A DNA stretch of 63,810 nt, filler included. It is 7 parts of 7 records of this genome, joined end to end, with 100 filler letters (N's around TTAATTAATTAA, not from the genome) between each part and the next. Parts side by side here need not be neighbours in the genome. Positions count along the whole stretch, not along the records: positions 31,415 to 39,198 come from DRR723986_22425; positions 39,299 to 49,038 come from DRR723986_22431; 5 more parts are not named here. One strand, written 5' to 3'. The notes below the pieces were generated by a model, which saw only the letters and a program-made list of their open reading frames with translations, was not told where the DNA came from and made no database searches. Shown here piece by piece: positions 37,531-47,120 of the stretch. The stretch's first letter is position 1; every line of letters begins with the position of its first letter. Made by a program: the position numbers and the translations under genes.

Positions 37531-38436
37531 ATGACCGCTTTCAACTCGATCGATGCCGTGCAACAGGGCCTGGCCGCCCAAGGCTATGTCTGCGGGCGCG
37601 CCCTGGCGACGCTGGTGTTTTTATCGCTGCGCCTGGGCCGGCCTTTGTTTCTCGAGGGCGAGGCGGGCACTGGCAAGACTGAGATCGCCAAAACCCTGGC
37701 CCAGGCACTGGGCCGGCCGCTGATCCGGCTGCAATGCTACGAGGGGCTTGATGCCGCCAGCGCGGTTTATGAATGGAACTTCGCCGAACAGATGATCGCG
37801 ATCCGCACCGCCGAGGCCACCGGCACCGCCGAACGCGGCGCCCTGAAAACCGAGCTGTTTTCCCAAGACTACCTGATCGAACGCCCGCTGTTGCAGGCCA
37901 TGCGCCCCCACCCCCAGGGCGCGCCGGTGCTGTTGATCGACGAGATCGACCGCACCGACGAACCGTTCGAGGCCTTCTTGCTAGAGGCGCTCAGCGATTT
38001 TCAGGTCACAATCCCCGAATTGGGCACCATCCGCGCCCCCGAACCCCCCATCGTGATTCTCACCTCGAACCGCACCCGCGAGGTGCACGACGCGCTCAAA
38101 CGCCGCTGCCTGTATCATTGGGTCGATTACCCCAGTTTCGACCGCGAGATCGAAATCTTGCAGGCCCGCGCCCCCGAAGCCGCCGAAACCCTCTCGCGCG
38201 AGGTGGTGGCCTTTGTGCAAAAACTGCGCACCGAAGACCTGTTCAAAAAGCCGGGCGTGGCCGAAACCATCGATTGGGCCAAATGCCTGTTGGCGCTCGA
38301 CGTGATCAGCCTCAGCCCGGCGGTCATTGCCGATACATTGGGCGCGGTGCTGAAATACCAAGACGACATCGCCCGCCTGCAAGGCTCCGAGGCCAAACGC
38401 CTGCTCGACGAGGCGCGCGCAGGCCTGCCCGCATGA
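37531..38436 (+). CDS. MoxR-type AAA+ ATPase, CoxD-like
   Basis: GEAGTGKT, RLQCYEGLD, LLIDEID, TSNRTREVHDALKRRC; AGGAGG RBS. Confidence 0.92.
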   Translation: MTAFNSIDAVQQGLAAQGYVCGRALATLVFLSLRLGRPLFLEGEAGTGKTEIAKTLAQALGRPLIRLQCYEGLDAASAVYEWNFAEQMIAIRTAEATGTAERGALKTELFSQDYLIERPLLQAMRPHPQGAPVLLIDEIDRTDEPFEAFLLEALSDFQVTIPELGTIRAPEPPIVILTSNRTREVHDALKRRCLYHWVDYPSFDREIEILQARAPEAAETLSREVVAFVQKLRTEDLFKKPGVAETIDWAKCLLALDVISLSPAVIADTLGAVLKYQDDIARLQGSEAKRLLDEARAGLPA

Positions 38437-38499
38437 TCTGCCCGCAGCCTTCATCTTGCCCCAAATACTCATCACCGCGTGCCACGGGCGGGGCGGCGC

Positions 38500-39198
38500 A
38501 TGGCTGAATATCTCCCCCTTGATCTGCCCGAAAACCCAAAGCTGACCCATAACATCACCTGGTTTGCGCGGGCTTTGCGCAAGGCGGGCTTGCCCATCGG
38601 GCCGGGGCGGGTGCTGGATGCCATCCGCGCGGTGGCGGCGGCGGGCTTTAGCGAAAAGGGCGATTTTTACTGGGTCTTGCACGCCTGTTTTGTCAGCCGT
38701 CCAGAACACAGCCGGGTGTTTACCCAAGTGTTCCGCCTCTATTGGCGCGATCCGCACTATATGGAACATATGATGGCGATGATGCTGCCCGCGGTGCGCG
38801 GCGTCCAGGAAGATCGCCCCGCGGCGGCGGCCGAAAAGCGCGCAGCCGAGGCGCTGCTGGATGGCGCCAATCACACCGTCGACGCCCCAGACCAGCCCGA
38901 GGAAGAGGCCCGCATCGAAATAGACGCCTCGATGACGATCTCGGCCGAAGAGCGGCTGAAAACCCTCGATTTCGAACAAATGAGCACCGACGAGGTGGCC
39001 CAGGCCAAGCGCATGTTGGCCCGCCTCAGCCTGCCGGTGCAGCCCTTGCGCGCGCGCCGCATGCGTGCCGCGCGCCAAGGCGCCATGGTCGATTGGCGCG
39101 CCAGCCTGCGCGACAGCCTGCGCCGGGGCGGCGAAATTCACAGCCTGGCGCGGAAATCGCACCGCGTGCGCTGGCCCAATCTGGTGGTGCTGTGCGAT
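38500..39198 (+). CDS. vWA domain protein, CoxE-like, 3'-truncated
   Basis: FARALRKAGLPIGPG, E.L...DFEQM, LVVLCD (start of the MIDAS motif); follows the CoxD-like ATPase. Confidence 0.88.
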
Positions 39199-39298
39199 NN
39201 NNNNNNNNNNNNNNNNNNNNNNNNNNNNNNNNNNNNNNNNNNTTAATTAATTAANNNNNNNNNNNNNNNNNNNNNNNNNNNNNNNNNNNNNNNNNNNN
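39199..39298. other. Artificial contig spacer
   Basis: N44-TTAATTAATTAA-N44. Confidence 0.98.
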
Positions 39299-40073
39299 TC
39301 AGCCGGCGAGCGCTACGCAGGCTAACACAACAAGTCTACGAGTATTTTTCACCATGGCAATGTGTGAAAGTGCCAACGGCCGGTAATCCACCGCTGAACG
39401 GTCGCAATTCCTGCTTATACGGGAAGTATAATTTTGAGCTTACCAGTGCAATTGGTTGGGCCCTGAGCGAGACTGACTCCTGACCTCGACAATTCCGGTA
39501 CAACAATAAACAAGAAGGTTAAGAAGCGAGCTGCAAGCGATCAGCGCAGGAGCGCTGCAATATTTCGAAAACCCGGAAACTCTATGGTGAAGTGAATCAG
39601 CAGCCGTAATACTTGGTGTTAAGATGATCGGGCAGTAGAGTAGAATAATTAGGTCAAGTTGAGCGCTCAATGGGCCGACCGGAATTTTTGGGCGCATTTT
39701 TGCGTGATCAAGGGGACCGCCCACGCCACCTCCACGGACAAAACCTCCACGTCCAGACACATTCCACCCACCCTGCACAATGCAGATTTTTTTGTGAGAG
39801 AAAGGCCGTCGAAGAGCGGCGCGCTGCATGCTGCGGGCCGTCAAGTGCAAGTCTAAACAAGTTGTCGTTTTTCTCAATGCGTTAAAAAGCGAACGCACCG
39901 CATTCCATGCTTAAACAGGCAGTAATCGCCTATGAACGGTCAAAATGCGCTGCGCCTGCCGGCTCAAAGCCGCATCCACAAAAGGCAGCCGGATACACAC
40001 ATTATCCGCAATGATCGTGCCTATCCTCACGCCTATAGACATATTCCGCTATACAAAAAAAGAGGAGCACCAC

Positions 40074-41033
40074 ATGACACAGCTCAACAAAGTCGTTGGC
40101 TGCCTCGTGGGTCTCGCCTGCGGCGACGCAGTCGGCACAACCGTAGAATTTAAACGCCGCGGCCACTTTGAACCGGTCACAGATATGGTTGGCGGTGGAC
40201 CGTTTAATCTGGATCGCGGCCAGTGGACGGATGACACCTCAATGGCACTCTGCCTGGCGCAGAGTCTGTTATACCGACGCGGCTTCGATGCCAAAGACCA
40301 AATGACACGTTACGTAAATTGGCATCAGCATGGATACATGAGCAGTACCGGAACCTGTTTTGACATTGGCAATACTGTGCGCACTGCTCTCGCGAACTTC
40401 CAACTGACCGGTGACCCAATGAGCGGATCAGTTGACCCGATGTCAGCCGGTAATGGCGCGCTGATGCGGCTGGCGGCAGTGCCGATGTTTTACCTGAGCA
40501 GTCCTGAGAATGCAATCGCCTTTGCGGAAGACTCGACCAAAACGACTCACGGTGCTGCCGAATGTATAGACAGCAGCCGCTATTTCTGCAGCGTGCTTAT
40601 GCGTGCAATGTTAACGAATGACAAGGATTCAATCCTGGCAACGAACTATCAGGCATATATGTCCAATGTCAAGAAACTGACTTCCGGCGAGTACTTAACA
40701 AAAGCTTACAGCGAACTGACCGGTAGCGGCTATGTTATTGAGAGCCTGGAATCGGCGCTGTGGTGTTTTTATCACGGCAAGTCCTTCCGCGAATCGATTT
40801 TGTTGGCTACGAATATTGGCAATGACGCCGATACAACCGCTGCGATCTGCGGTCAGGTCTGCGGGGCCTTTTATGGAATTAATGGCATTCCCAAAAACTG
40901 GGCTACAGAAATTAGCATGTCAGCCGAGATTCACGACATGGGCCGGCGGCTTTTTGAGTTGGGCTGCGAACTTAACGGAACTCCGCCGGCATTAAACACA
41001 CCCATGCACAAACTAGTACAGATGGCCTACTAA
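40074..41033 (+). CDS. ADP-ribosylglycohydrolase (DraG/Tri1-like)
   Basis: GLACGDAVG, GQWTDDTSM, CFDIG, AGNGALMR, GNDADTTAAI; GAGGAG RBS before ATG 40074. Confidence 0.93.
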   Translation: MTQLNKVVGCLVGLACGDAVGTTVEFKRRGHFEPVTDMVGGGPFNLDRGQWTDDTSMALCLAQSLLYRRGFDAKDQMTRYVNWHQHGYMSSTGTCFDIGNTVRTALANFQLTGDPMSGSVDPMSAGNGALMRLAAVPMFYLSSPENAIAFAEDSTKTTHGAAECIDSSRYFCSVLMRAMLTNDKDSILATNYQAYMSNVKKLTSGEYLTKAYSELTGSGYVIESLESALWCFYHGKSFRESILLATNIGNDADTTAAICGQVCGAFYGINGIPKNWATEISMSAEIHDMGRRLFELGCELNGTPPALNTPMHKLVQMAY

Positions 41034-41160
41034 CAACAATGGTTACACCAGCGCCATGCCTGTGTTAAGCTGACAATTTGTGATCTGTAACCCTCGCCGC
41101 ACCAGCTGCATCCAGAAGATACAGGAGAGCGGAGTTGACCCTAAATCGGAGGATCACAGG

Positions 41161-41688
41161 ATGGCAGGCACGGCAATTCAGGCAAGCAACAAACGCAAGG
41201 GCAAGAACTCCGGACGCAAGCAGCGCAAACGGCTCGGATTCAGCATCGACACAACACCCCTGGTGGACATCGCATTTTTGCTGTTAACGTTTTTTATGTT
41301 TACGACCGAGTTAACACAGCCGCAAGCCATGGAGATGGCTGTGCCGCAAGACTACACAGAGAAAAAAGTCAAAGAGACCAAATTGCTACAGTTGATGGTG
41401 CGGCATGACAACCAGATGTTTTATATCCTGGGCAAAGACGCACCTGCCACTCTGCAGCTGAGTGACATACGCACTCTGGCAATCAGCCAGAATCTGGAGC
41501 AGGGCAATGAATTAATTACATCATTAAAAGTCTCACCGCAGGCCGACTACAATCGCTTAATTGAAATATTGGATGAATTGAACCTGGCCGAAGTGGAGAT
41601 TCAACAGCAGATGAATGAACGGCGCGAACGCAAGTTTGCGCTCGTGCCGATGACTGAGAATGATCGGTTGAAAATTGCGGAGTTGTGA
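41161..41688 (+). CDS. exbD: ExbD/TolR family biopolymer transport protein
   Basis: IDTTPLVDIAFLLLTFFMFT, ADY..LI.ILDEL. Confidence 0.88.
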   Translation: MAGTAIQASNKRKGKNSGRKQRKRLGFSIDTTPLVDIAFLLLTFFMFTTELTQPQAMEMAVPQDYTEKKVKETKLLQLMVRHDNQMFYILGKDAPATLQLSDIRTLAISQNLEQGNELITSLKVSPQADYNRLIEILDELNLAEVEIQQQMNERRERKFALVPMTENDRLKIAEL

Positions 41689-41690
41689 GC

Positions 41691-41708
41691 TTGTTGAGCG
41701 CTCAACAA
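41691..41708. repeat. Perfect 18-bp palindrome; its 12-bp core recurs at 39659-39670
   Basis: TTGTTGAGCGCTCAACAA; core TTGAGCGCTCAA. Confidence 0.75.
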
Positions 41709-41718
41709 CAAACTAAAA

Positions 41719-41759
41719 AAACCGCAGACCCCATGTCTACAAGACAGGATCTGCGGTTT
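41719..41759. terminator. Terminator between convergent genes
   Basis: AAACCGCAGA...TCTGCGGTTT stem with inner TGTCT/AGACA; A-run upstream. Confidence 0.75.
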
Positions 41760-41822
41760 CTATTTTCCGGCTACATCACTAACAAAAAAATCAAAAGGCC
41801 AAGACCAAACGCAGTGCAGGGC

Positions 41823-44063
41823 TTAAGGCCGCATCAAACTGAATCCCTGTGACAGAGCGACAGGGAACTCACCAGACTTGTGATAGCGGACACGCAAAAA
41901 GTATTGCCCCTGACTTAAACCGTCAGGCAACTCAAAGCGCTGATTGTGCTCACCGGCGGCAAAAGTACGCGCCGAAGTGTTAAACACTTCGCGACCGCCA
42001 AGGTCTACAATTGTCAGCTTGATTGTACCTGCGTGTTCCAGGCTCCAGTTAACTCCCAGAAACTCACGTGCCGGATTTGGACTGATTGTGTTAAGTACAA
42101 AACCAAGTTCGGCAGCACGTTCGGCGACGCTATTGGGGTCCTGTGGTTTGACTTCACCAACGGCAAACTGGCCGAGCTTTGTGACATCCAGAGCTGTGAC
42201 TGTTAAGTCCACCTCATTAACTTCGGATGGCGTCCAGGCCGTCCACGTGTCGCGATTGTCTGTCCGGTAAACAACACCGGGAACACCTTCGCCGGTGAAC
42301 TTCTCATTCAGATAACCATAGTCGAATTTTAGGCTCATGTCGTAGTTTTCGAGGGCGACGCCCCACTCCATGTTCCAGCGTACCTTGGGTGAGATGTTAA
42401 TCACCGACTCATCAATTTCGCCAATTTCCGGCACGTCAAAATGAAGGTCCAAACGCAACTCAGCGTCGTTTGGAATGTTGCTATTCTCATCCGTTTCCAC
42501 CGTGACACCGGCGTCTGGAACTACGGTTACAGGCTCAACCGCAGGTTTAACAGCACGGTGATGATATTCCTGTGGGTCCATCCGGCCAGTTAAAGAACCA
42601 CCTACGTCAAGAGTTGGGTTCTGGCTACGCGCCCACAAATGTGCCTCGCGAATGTTAACCATATTGTCTTTGTTGTGATCGGCACCGGGAGCGCCGTAAC
42701 ACTGCACAAAAGCCCAGGTGTATTCGCCCGTGCGAACCGTGTCACCCGAGCTAAGTGGAATATAACGTGTCCAGGAGGTCGTGTCCTTGCGGCAAGATGT
42801 CACCAGGGTAACGTTCTGGTCTTTTAACACCGAAGAGCCGCTAAACTCTTCGATTGCACCGCCGGAGTGGCAGGCATCAATGATAACGCAGATTTCGTCG
42901 GCCTCAGACTTATCAAGCGCTTCAACAAGGTCTGTGTACCACATGCGGCTACCGACTTCGTCGTTCGTTACCATGTAACGCTCGCTGCCGTGACCGGAAT
43001 AGTAAAAATAGACTTTGCGGTAGGTGCCCTTAAAGCCTTCAATTGTTGAAGTAATTGTTTCACGCGAAGCGTTCTTGAGGGTCGTGATATTCTCCGGGTT
43101 AATACGCTCACCGAGCTTTTCACCTATCAGATTACTGCGCATAAATTCAACATCAGTATCAAAGGACTGAATTTGACGTGGATTGGTGGCGGTCCCCGTT
43201 ACAAGAACGGCGCAGACGTCTTCCTTTGGCGGTGCGGGCTCTTCCGGCGTCGAAATCGTATTATCATCCGTCACTGAAATAGCGGGCGGATTATCGCCAA
43301 AAACACGGTCAGGGCTGTCCAGGCGATCCTGCAATCCTGGCAGATAGGGCTCGCCGTTAACAACAGGCCAAAAATCGCTTGAATACTGTTCGAGATTACC
43401 TGTTTTAGCATCAACCAGATAAAATTCGCTGTAGCTGGCAAAACGATCGTCCTTGCCATAGTCAACCCAGGCGAACCATGTAGCTTGTGCCGTGACTTCT
43501 AAGCCGCCGGACTCATCATTGTATGCAACCTGGGCATTATCGCCCGGCTCCAACCAGTTATCACTGCGCCCCAGCGGATCACCATCGCTGATGGTTGCCC
43601 CGGCTGTTAGCGGCGTCTGCTGCATAAAGACCCAGGCATCATCAGCTGTAATATTACGGTCAGTGAACACGCCGTTCATTATTTCAATTGCAGCGTCTGC
43701 ACCGACGGTATAATCACCAACTTCGACTTCTGCCGCGCAGACACCATTATCGGATTCATCGGTAAACTCCCAGGCAACTTCAATTGTGGTTGTGCCAGGT
43801 GCGAGGCCTTTGATTGAAAAAGTTGCTTCGAGTGCATCCCTGAATTCGGTTTGCGAGAATTCGAGCATGCCATCATCGCCGGGATTGACCAGCGTAAAAT
43901 TGCCACGCGAAAATCCGTCGCCTTCAATCTTGAAGGTCGATTCACCGCACCACTCAATTGCGACGGTGGGTTGAGTACAGAAAAAAGCCTGAGCGGACGG
44001 CGCCTGCGCCATCAGAAACAATACCATCAGGCTGGTAGAAACAATTCGTAAGGGTTTTAGCAT
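41823..44063 (-). CDS. Secreted clan CD (caspase/C13-like) protease with T9SS C-terminal sorting domain
   Basis: Signal peptide; YYSGHG and IIDACHSGG dyad; CTD (ISPNPA, IVDLGGREV, LSQGQYFLRV). Confidence 0.82.
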   Translation of the reverse strand: MLKPLRIVSTSLMVLFLMAQAPSAQAFFCTQPTVAIEWCGESTFKIEGDGFSRGNFTLVNPGDDGMLEFSQTEFRDALEATFSIKGLAPGTTTIEVAWEFTDESDNGVCAAEVEVGDYTVGADAAIEIMNGVFTDRNITADDAWVFMQQTPLTAGATISDGDPLGRSDNWLEPGDNAQVAYNDESGGLEVTAQATWFAWVDYGKDDRFASYSEFYLVDAKTGNLEQYSSDFWPVVNGEPYLPGLQDRLDSPDRVFGDNPPAISVTDDNTISTPEEPAPPKEDVCAVLVTGTATNPRQIQSFDTDVEFMRSNLIGEKLGERINPENITTLKNASRETITSTIEGFKGTYRKVYFYYSGHGSERYMVTNDEVGSRMWYTDLVEALDKSEADEICVIIDACHSGGAIEEFSGSSVLKDQNVTLVTSCRKDTTSWTRYIPLSSGDTVRTGEYTWAFVQCYGAPGADHNKDNMVNIREAHLWARSQNPTLDVGGSLTGRMDPQEYHHRAVKPAVEPVTVVPDAGVTVETDENSNIPNDAELRLDLHFDVPEIGEIDESVINISPKVRWNMEWGVALENYDMSLKFDYGYLNEKFTGEGVPGVVYRTDNRDTWTAWTPSEVNEVDLTVTALDVTKLGQFAVGEVKPQDPNSVAERAAELGFVLNTISPNPAREFLGVNWSLEHAGTIKLTIVDLGGREVFNTSARTFAAGEHNQRFELPDGLSQGQYFLRVRYHKSGEFPVALSQGFSLMRP

Positions 44064-44367
44064 AGGGGTTCTCCGTGTTGGATTGGAGATATGTACATTC
44101 ATGACTGCGATTAGCGAATATTGAGCGGTACCCGCCGGGAACGTGAAAAATAGGAAATTACCGCACACCATCTGCATTGAAGTTCAGACCGGTGTCGCAG
44201 GCTAACAGCCGACTCCGACTAACAATTCCAGCTTTGTGGCTCGTGGGCATAGAACTTGACATTAATAATGTCGTCCTATCGCCGTATTTTTGGGTTGGCG
44301 TAGCGTGGGCTCAGAGCCGGGCGCTATCCGCACAGATTTGCTCATCAATTACTCAGCTGTTCTGCAC

Positions 44368-45540
44368 ATGGACGCCGGCCTAGCTCACACAGACTCACAG
44401 TTCAATCTTGGTTTTGCCTGCATGTGGCTCAAGGATCGCCAGGCGACCTGGTCACACACGCCGATTTCACTGCTGACCGCTCTGGAAGCCAAGCCAGACT
44501 GCCGGCCGGTGGACATCAATATAGCACCGGCGGGCTGGGTTCAGGAGCTCTGGCGCCTGCGCTACGGCGTGCTGCACGAGGGCAAGGTTCACAGCAAGTT
44601 CAGCTTTGCGCCCGCCTACCTGCGCGCCATGGAGTCGCGGCTGAACAAAGGCATTGCTGCGGCTGCGCGCGCGGGGCAGCCCTTTGACGCGATCCTGCAG
44701 ATGGGCGATATGGGACAAACGCCGGGCGTAGCCAACTATATCTATGTTGATCTGACAATTGAACAAATGTTACGCCACATGCGTGAGAGCGGCCAGGCTA
44801 TGCCGATGTATGAGCATTACACGGCGGCCGACCTGGAGCGCCGCAATCAGCGCCAGAAAGACGTGCTGGCGGCAGCTACCGGCATCTTTGCCATGAGCCA
44901 CTGGCTTAAGGAGCGCCTGATAGAGGATAATGGCATTGCGCCCGAACGCATCCACGTGTTGCACGCGGGCATGAACGTCACACAGGACAGCACAACAGCC
45001 CGCAGTGACAAGCGCGCATCCAGTGACAAGCCTCTGATCCTCTTCGTGGGCCGCGACTTTGAGCGTAAAGGCGGTGATCTTGTGTTTGAAGCCTTTGAAA
45101 TCCTGCGACGCAAACACTTCCCCGCCGCCGAACTTGTGGTTGCGGGTCCGCCGGAGTGGCCACTGGACGGCGCTGTTCCGGCAGGCGTGACATTCCTGGG
45201 CAATGCCGGCCACGCGCAGCTGCGCGACTACTTCAGCCGCGCCGATGTCTTCTGCCTGCCCTCGCGCTACGAACCCTTCGGCATCGTCTTTGTTGAGGCG
45301 CTGGCCGCCGGCGTTCCCTGCATTGGGCGACGCGACTTTGCCATGCCTGAAATCATCACCGAAGGCGTTGATGGTGAGCTGGTGGATGATGACAATCCGC
45401 AGAAACTGGCGGAATTATTGCAGAAAATTCTAAGCGATTCCTCAATGCGTAACAATGCAATTCAGGGCGCGCAACGCATCTCCAGCTACTACCACTGGGA
45501 CCGCATTGCGGCTGATATGCTCAAAATTATGCAGTCTTAG
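44368..45540 (+). CDS. Glycosyltransferase family 4
   Basis: LFVGRDFERKGG, PSRYEPFGIVFVEALAAG; start uncertain. Confidence 0.9.
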   Translation: MDAGLAHTDSQFNLGFACMWLKDRQATWSHTPISLLTALEAKPDCRPVDINIAPAGWVQELWRLRYGVLHEGKVHSKFSFAPAYLRAMESRLNKGIAAAARAGQPFDAILQMGDMGQTPGVANYIYVDLTIEQMLRHMRESGQAMPMYEHYTAADLERRNQRQKDVLAAATGIFAMSHWLKERLIEDNGIAPERIHVLHAGMNVTQDSTTARSDKRASSDKPLILFVGRDFERKGGDLVFEAFEILRRKHFPAAELVVAGPPEWPLDGAVPAGVTFLGNAGHAQLRDYFSRADVFCLPSRYEPFGIVFVEALAAGVPCIGRRDFAMPEIITEGVDGELVDDDNPQKLAELLQKILSDSSMRNNAIQGAQRISSYYHWDRIAADMLKIMQS

Positions 45541-45627
45541 GTCACTCTTTTGTCTCCTCTGTAACCTGATCGGCAGACTGGTGTTCCGTCTGGGCCAACA
45601 ATATTTCCATGTGCCCTGGATACTGGT

Positions 45628-47061
45628 ATGCCCGACATATTCAAAATTCTTGCCAAGATTGGTCTACTCTTTTTTCTCAGTTGTCTTATCTGCAGACCTT
45701 CGCTCGCGCAAGACAGCAAACAACACTCTGATCGGATTCAGAAAGACACAACAATTGAGGGGGCGCTGTGGTGTACTTCTCTTCCATCTGTGAGTGATAT
45801 CGCACTAATTGGCCAGGAAAAATATATTAGCGTCCTCACAGAGTCCAGGCGCATGTTAATTGATACACGCAGTGGAGAAACGATAAAAACGTGGAATGAA
45901 TCCGACGATGCTGGATTCGAGTTAACCAGGAACGCCATTACCGCGGATGACACTTACTTATACCGTTGTTTAATGTCGAATCGGGTTCCAGGCATTCCCT
46001 CTTTCATATTCCAATTGCATCGCACACGACTCGACGATTTAACAACAACTGATACCCTGGCATTTGAATTTGCAGAAATCTCAAAATATACTGCGGTCCA
46101 GGAAGTAGTAGCACTCCCCGGACAGACAGGCAAAGTTCTCATTTCTTTCAAGTACTATAATAATCAGTTCCACAATCACACTTTGGAGGAGTCTGGAAAA
46201 CTGTGCTTGTTTGACACGGAAGCAAGTGTCGACGCTGAAAGCCGGATTTGTGATCTGGATATAGGAATGCGTTCAGGCATGTTCATTTCGCCCATGGGAG
46301 ACTACGCACTTAAGTTTGGAACGTATGAGTATTCTGGATTTAAAAGGGAAACCACTACGGCTATCGCTTCCTCATTAATGCACACAACGTTTGACGAATT
46401 TGACACGAACTATAGCACTGTGATGTACCTGCCACGCTTCAATCACGCTATGTGGGCTGCAAACGGCGAAGCATTTGTTTTATTAACAGACACCCAACTA
46501 TCCCACTACTATACTCTTGATACCAAAACTCAAGAGTGGGTTAGTCATGGTGATTTCATATTGAATAGTCCTGGCGTCTTACTGCGCTATGGGAGACACT
46601 ATCTACAATTCAACAAACATCTTTCCCAGCTACAATTAATCGACCTATTGGCAGGCGAGGCTGTCAATGAATGCGCTCTCAATGTGGATAATATTCAATC
46701 GATGCTCATCTCAGCAGATCAAAGAACGCTGTATATACTAACCGCAAGTGGCAGGCTAGCTGCAATTCCCATGTGCAGTGAGTTACTGACTGTTACCGAT
46801 GTAAGACCGATGACATCGCCAATATCCTCAGGCTTGAGGGTCGCTCCGAACCCGACAAACTCAAGTTTGTATGTCACACATCCTGGAGTCTCAAACGGCA
46901 CGATTCGAGTTATGGATCTCACAGCTCGCGAGGTTTTGAGGTTGCCGGCCAATAAACAGCAAACAACTCAAATCGATGTCAGCCAATTACCGCCTGGAAC
47001 CTATGCACTCGAACTAATCAACGGAGTTAAAAGACATCAGCAACTATTCATCCGGTACTAG
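45628..47061 (+). CDS. T9SS-sorted protein, probable beta-propeller
   Basis: Signal peptide; ITADD, ISPMG, ISADQ turn motifs; CTD (VAPNPT, MDLTAREV, IDVSQLPPGTY). Confidence 0.75.
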   Translation: MPDIFKILAKIGLLFFLSCLICRPSLAQDSKQHSDRIQKDTTIEGALWCTSLPSVSDIALIGQEKYISVLTESRRMLIDTRSGETIKTWNESDDAGFELTRNAITADDTYLYRCLMSNRVPGIPSFIFQLHRTRLDDLTTTDTLAFEFAEISKYTAVQEVVALPGQTGKVLISFKYYNNQFHNHTLEESGKLCLFDTEASVDAESRICDLDIGMRSGMFISPMGDYALKFGTYEYSGFKRETTTAIASSLMHTTFDEFDTNYSTVMYLPRFNHAMWAANGEAFVLLTDTQLSHYYTLDTKTQEWVSHGDFILNSPGVLLRYGRHYLQFNKHLSQLQLIDLLAGEAVNECALNVDNIQSMLISADQRTLYILTASGRLAAIPMCSELLTVTDVRPMTSPISSGLRVAPNPTNSSLYVTHPGVSNGTIRVMDLTAREVLRLPANKQQTTQIDVSQLPPGTYALELINGVKRHQQLFIRY

Positions 47062-47120
47062 AATCAGCAAAAACCATCGTACCATTTTAACAATACAACA
47101 AACGTAGCCCGGGAGCACAA

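Noticed and set aside
31697-39198. Many long overlapping antisense ORFs (for example 37981-39162 and 35627-36442)
   Set aside because: Shadow ORFs of high-GC coding sequence; the real genes on other frames carry clear family motifs.
37531-39198. CO dehydrogenase (cox) operon
   Set aside because: Only coxD/coxE-like chaperone genes are visible; they also serve other molybdoenzymes, and coxMSL is not in the contig.
39299-39355. Minus-strand MVKNTRRLVVLACVALAG* signal-peptide-like micro-ORF at the contig edge
   Set aside because: Ends in TGA exactly at the contig boundary; a truncated lipoprotein start cannot be told from chance.
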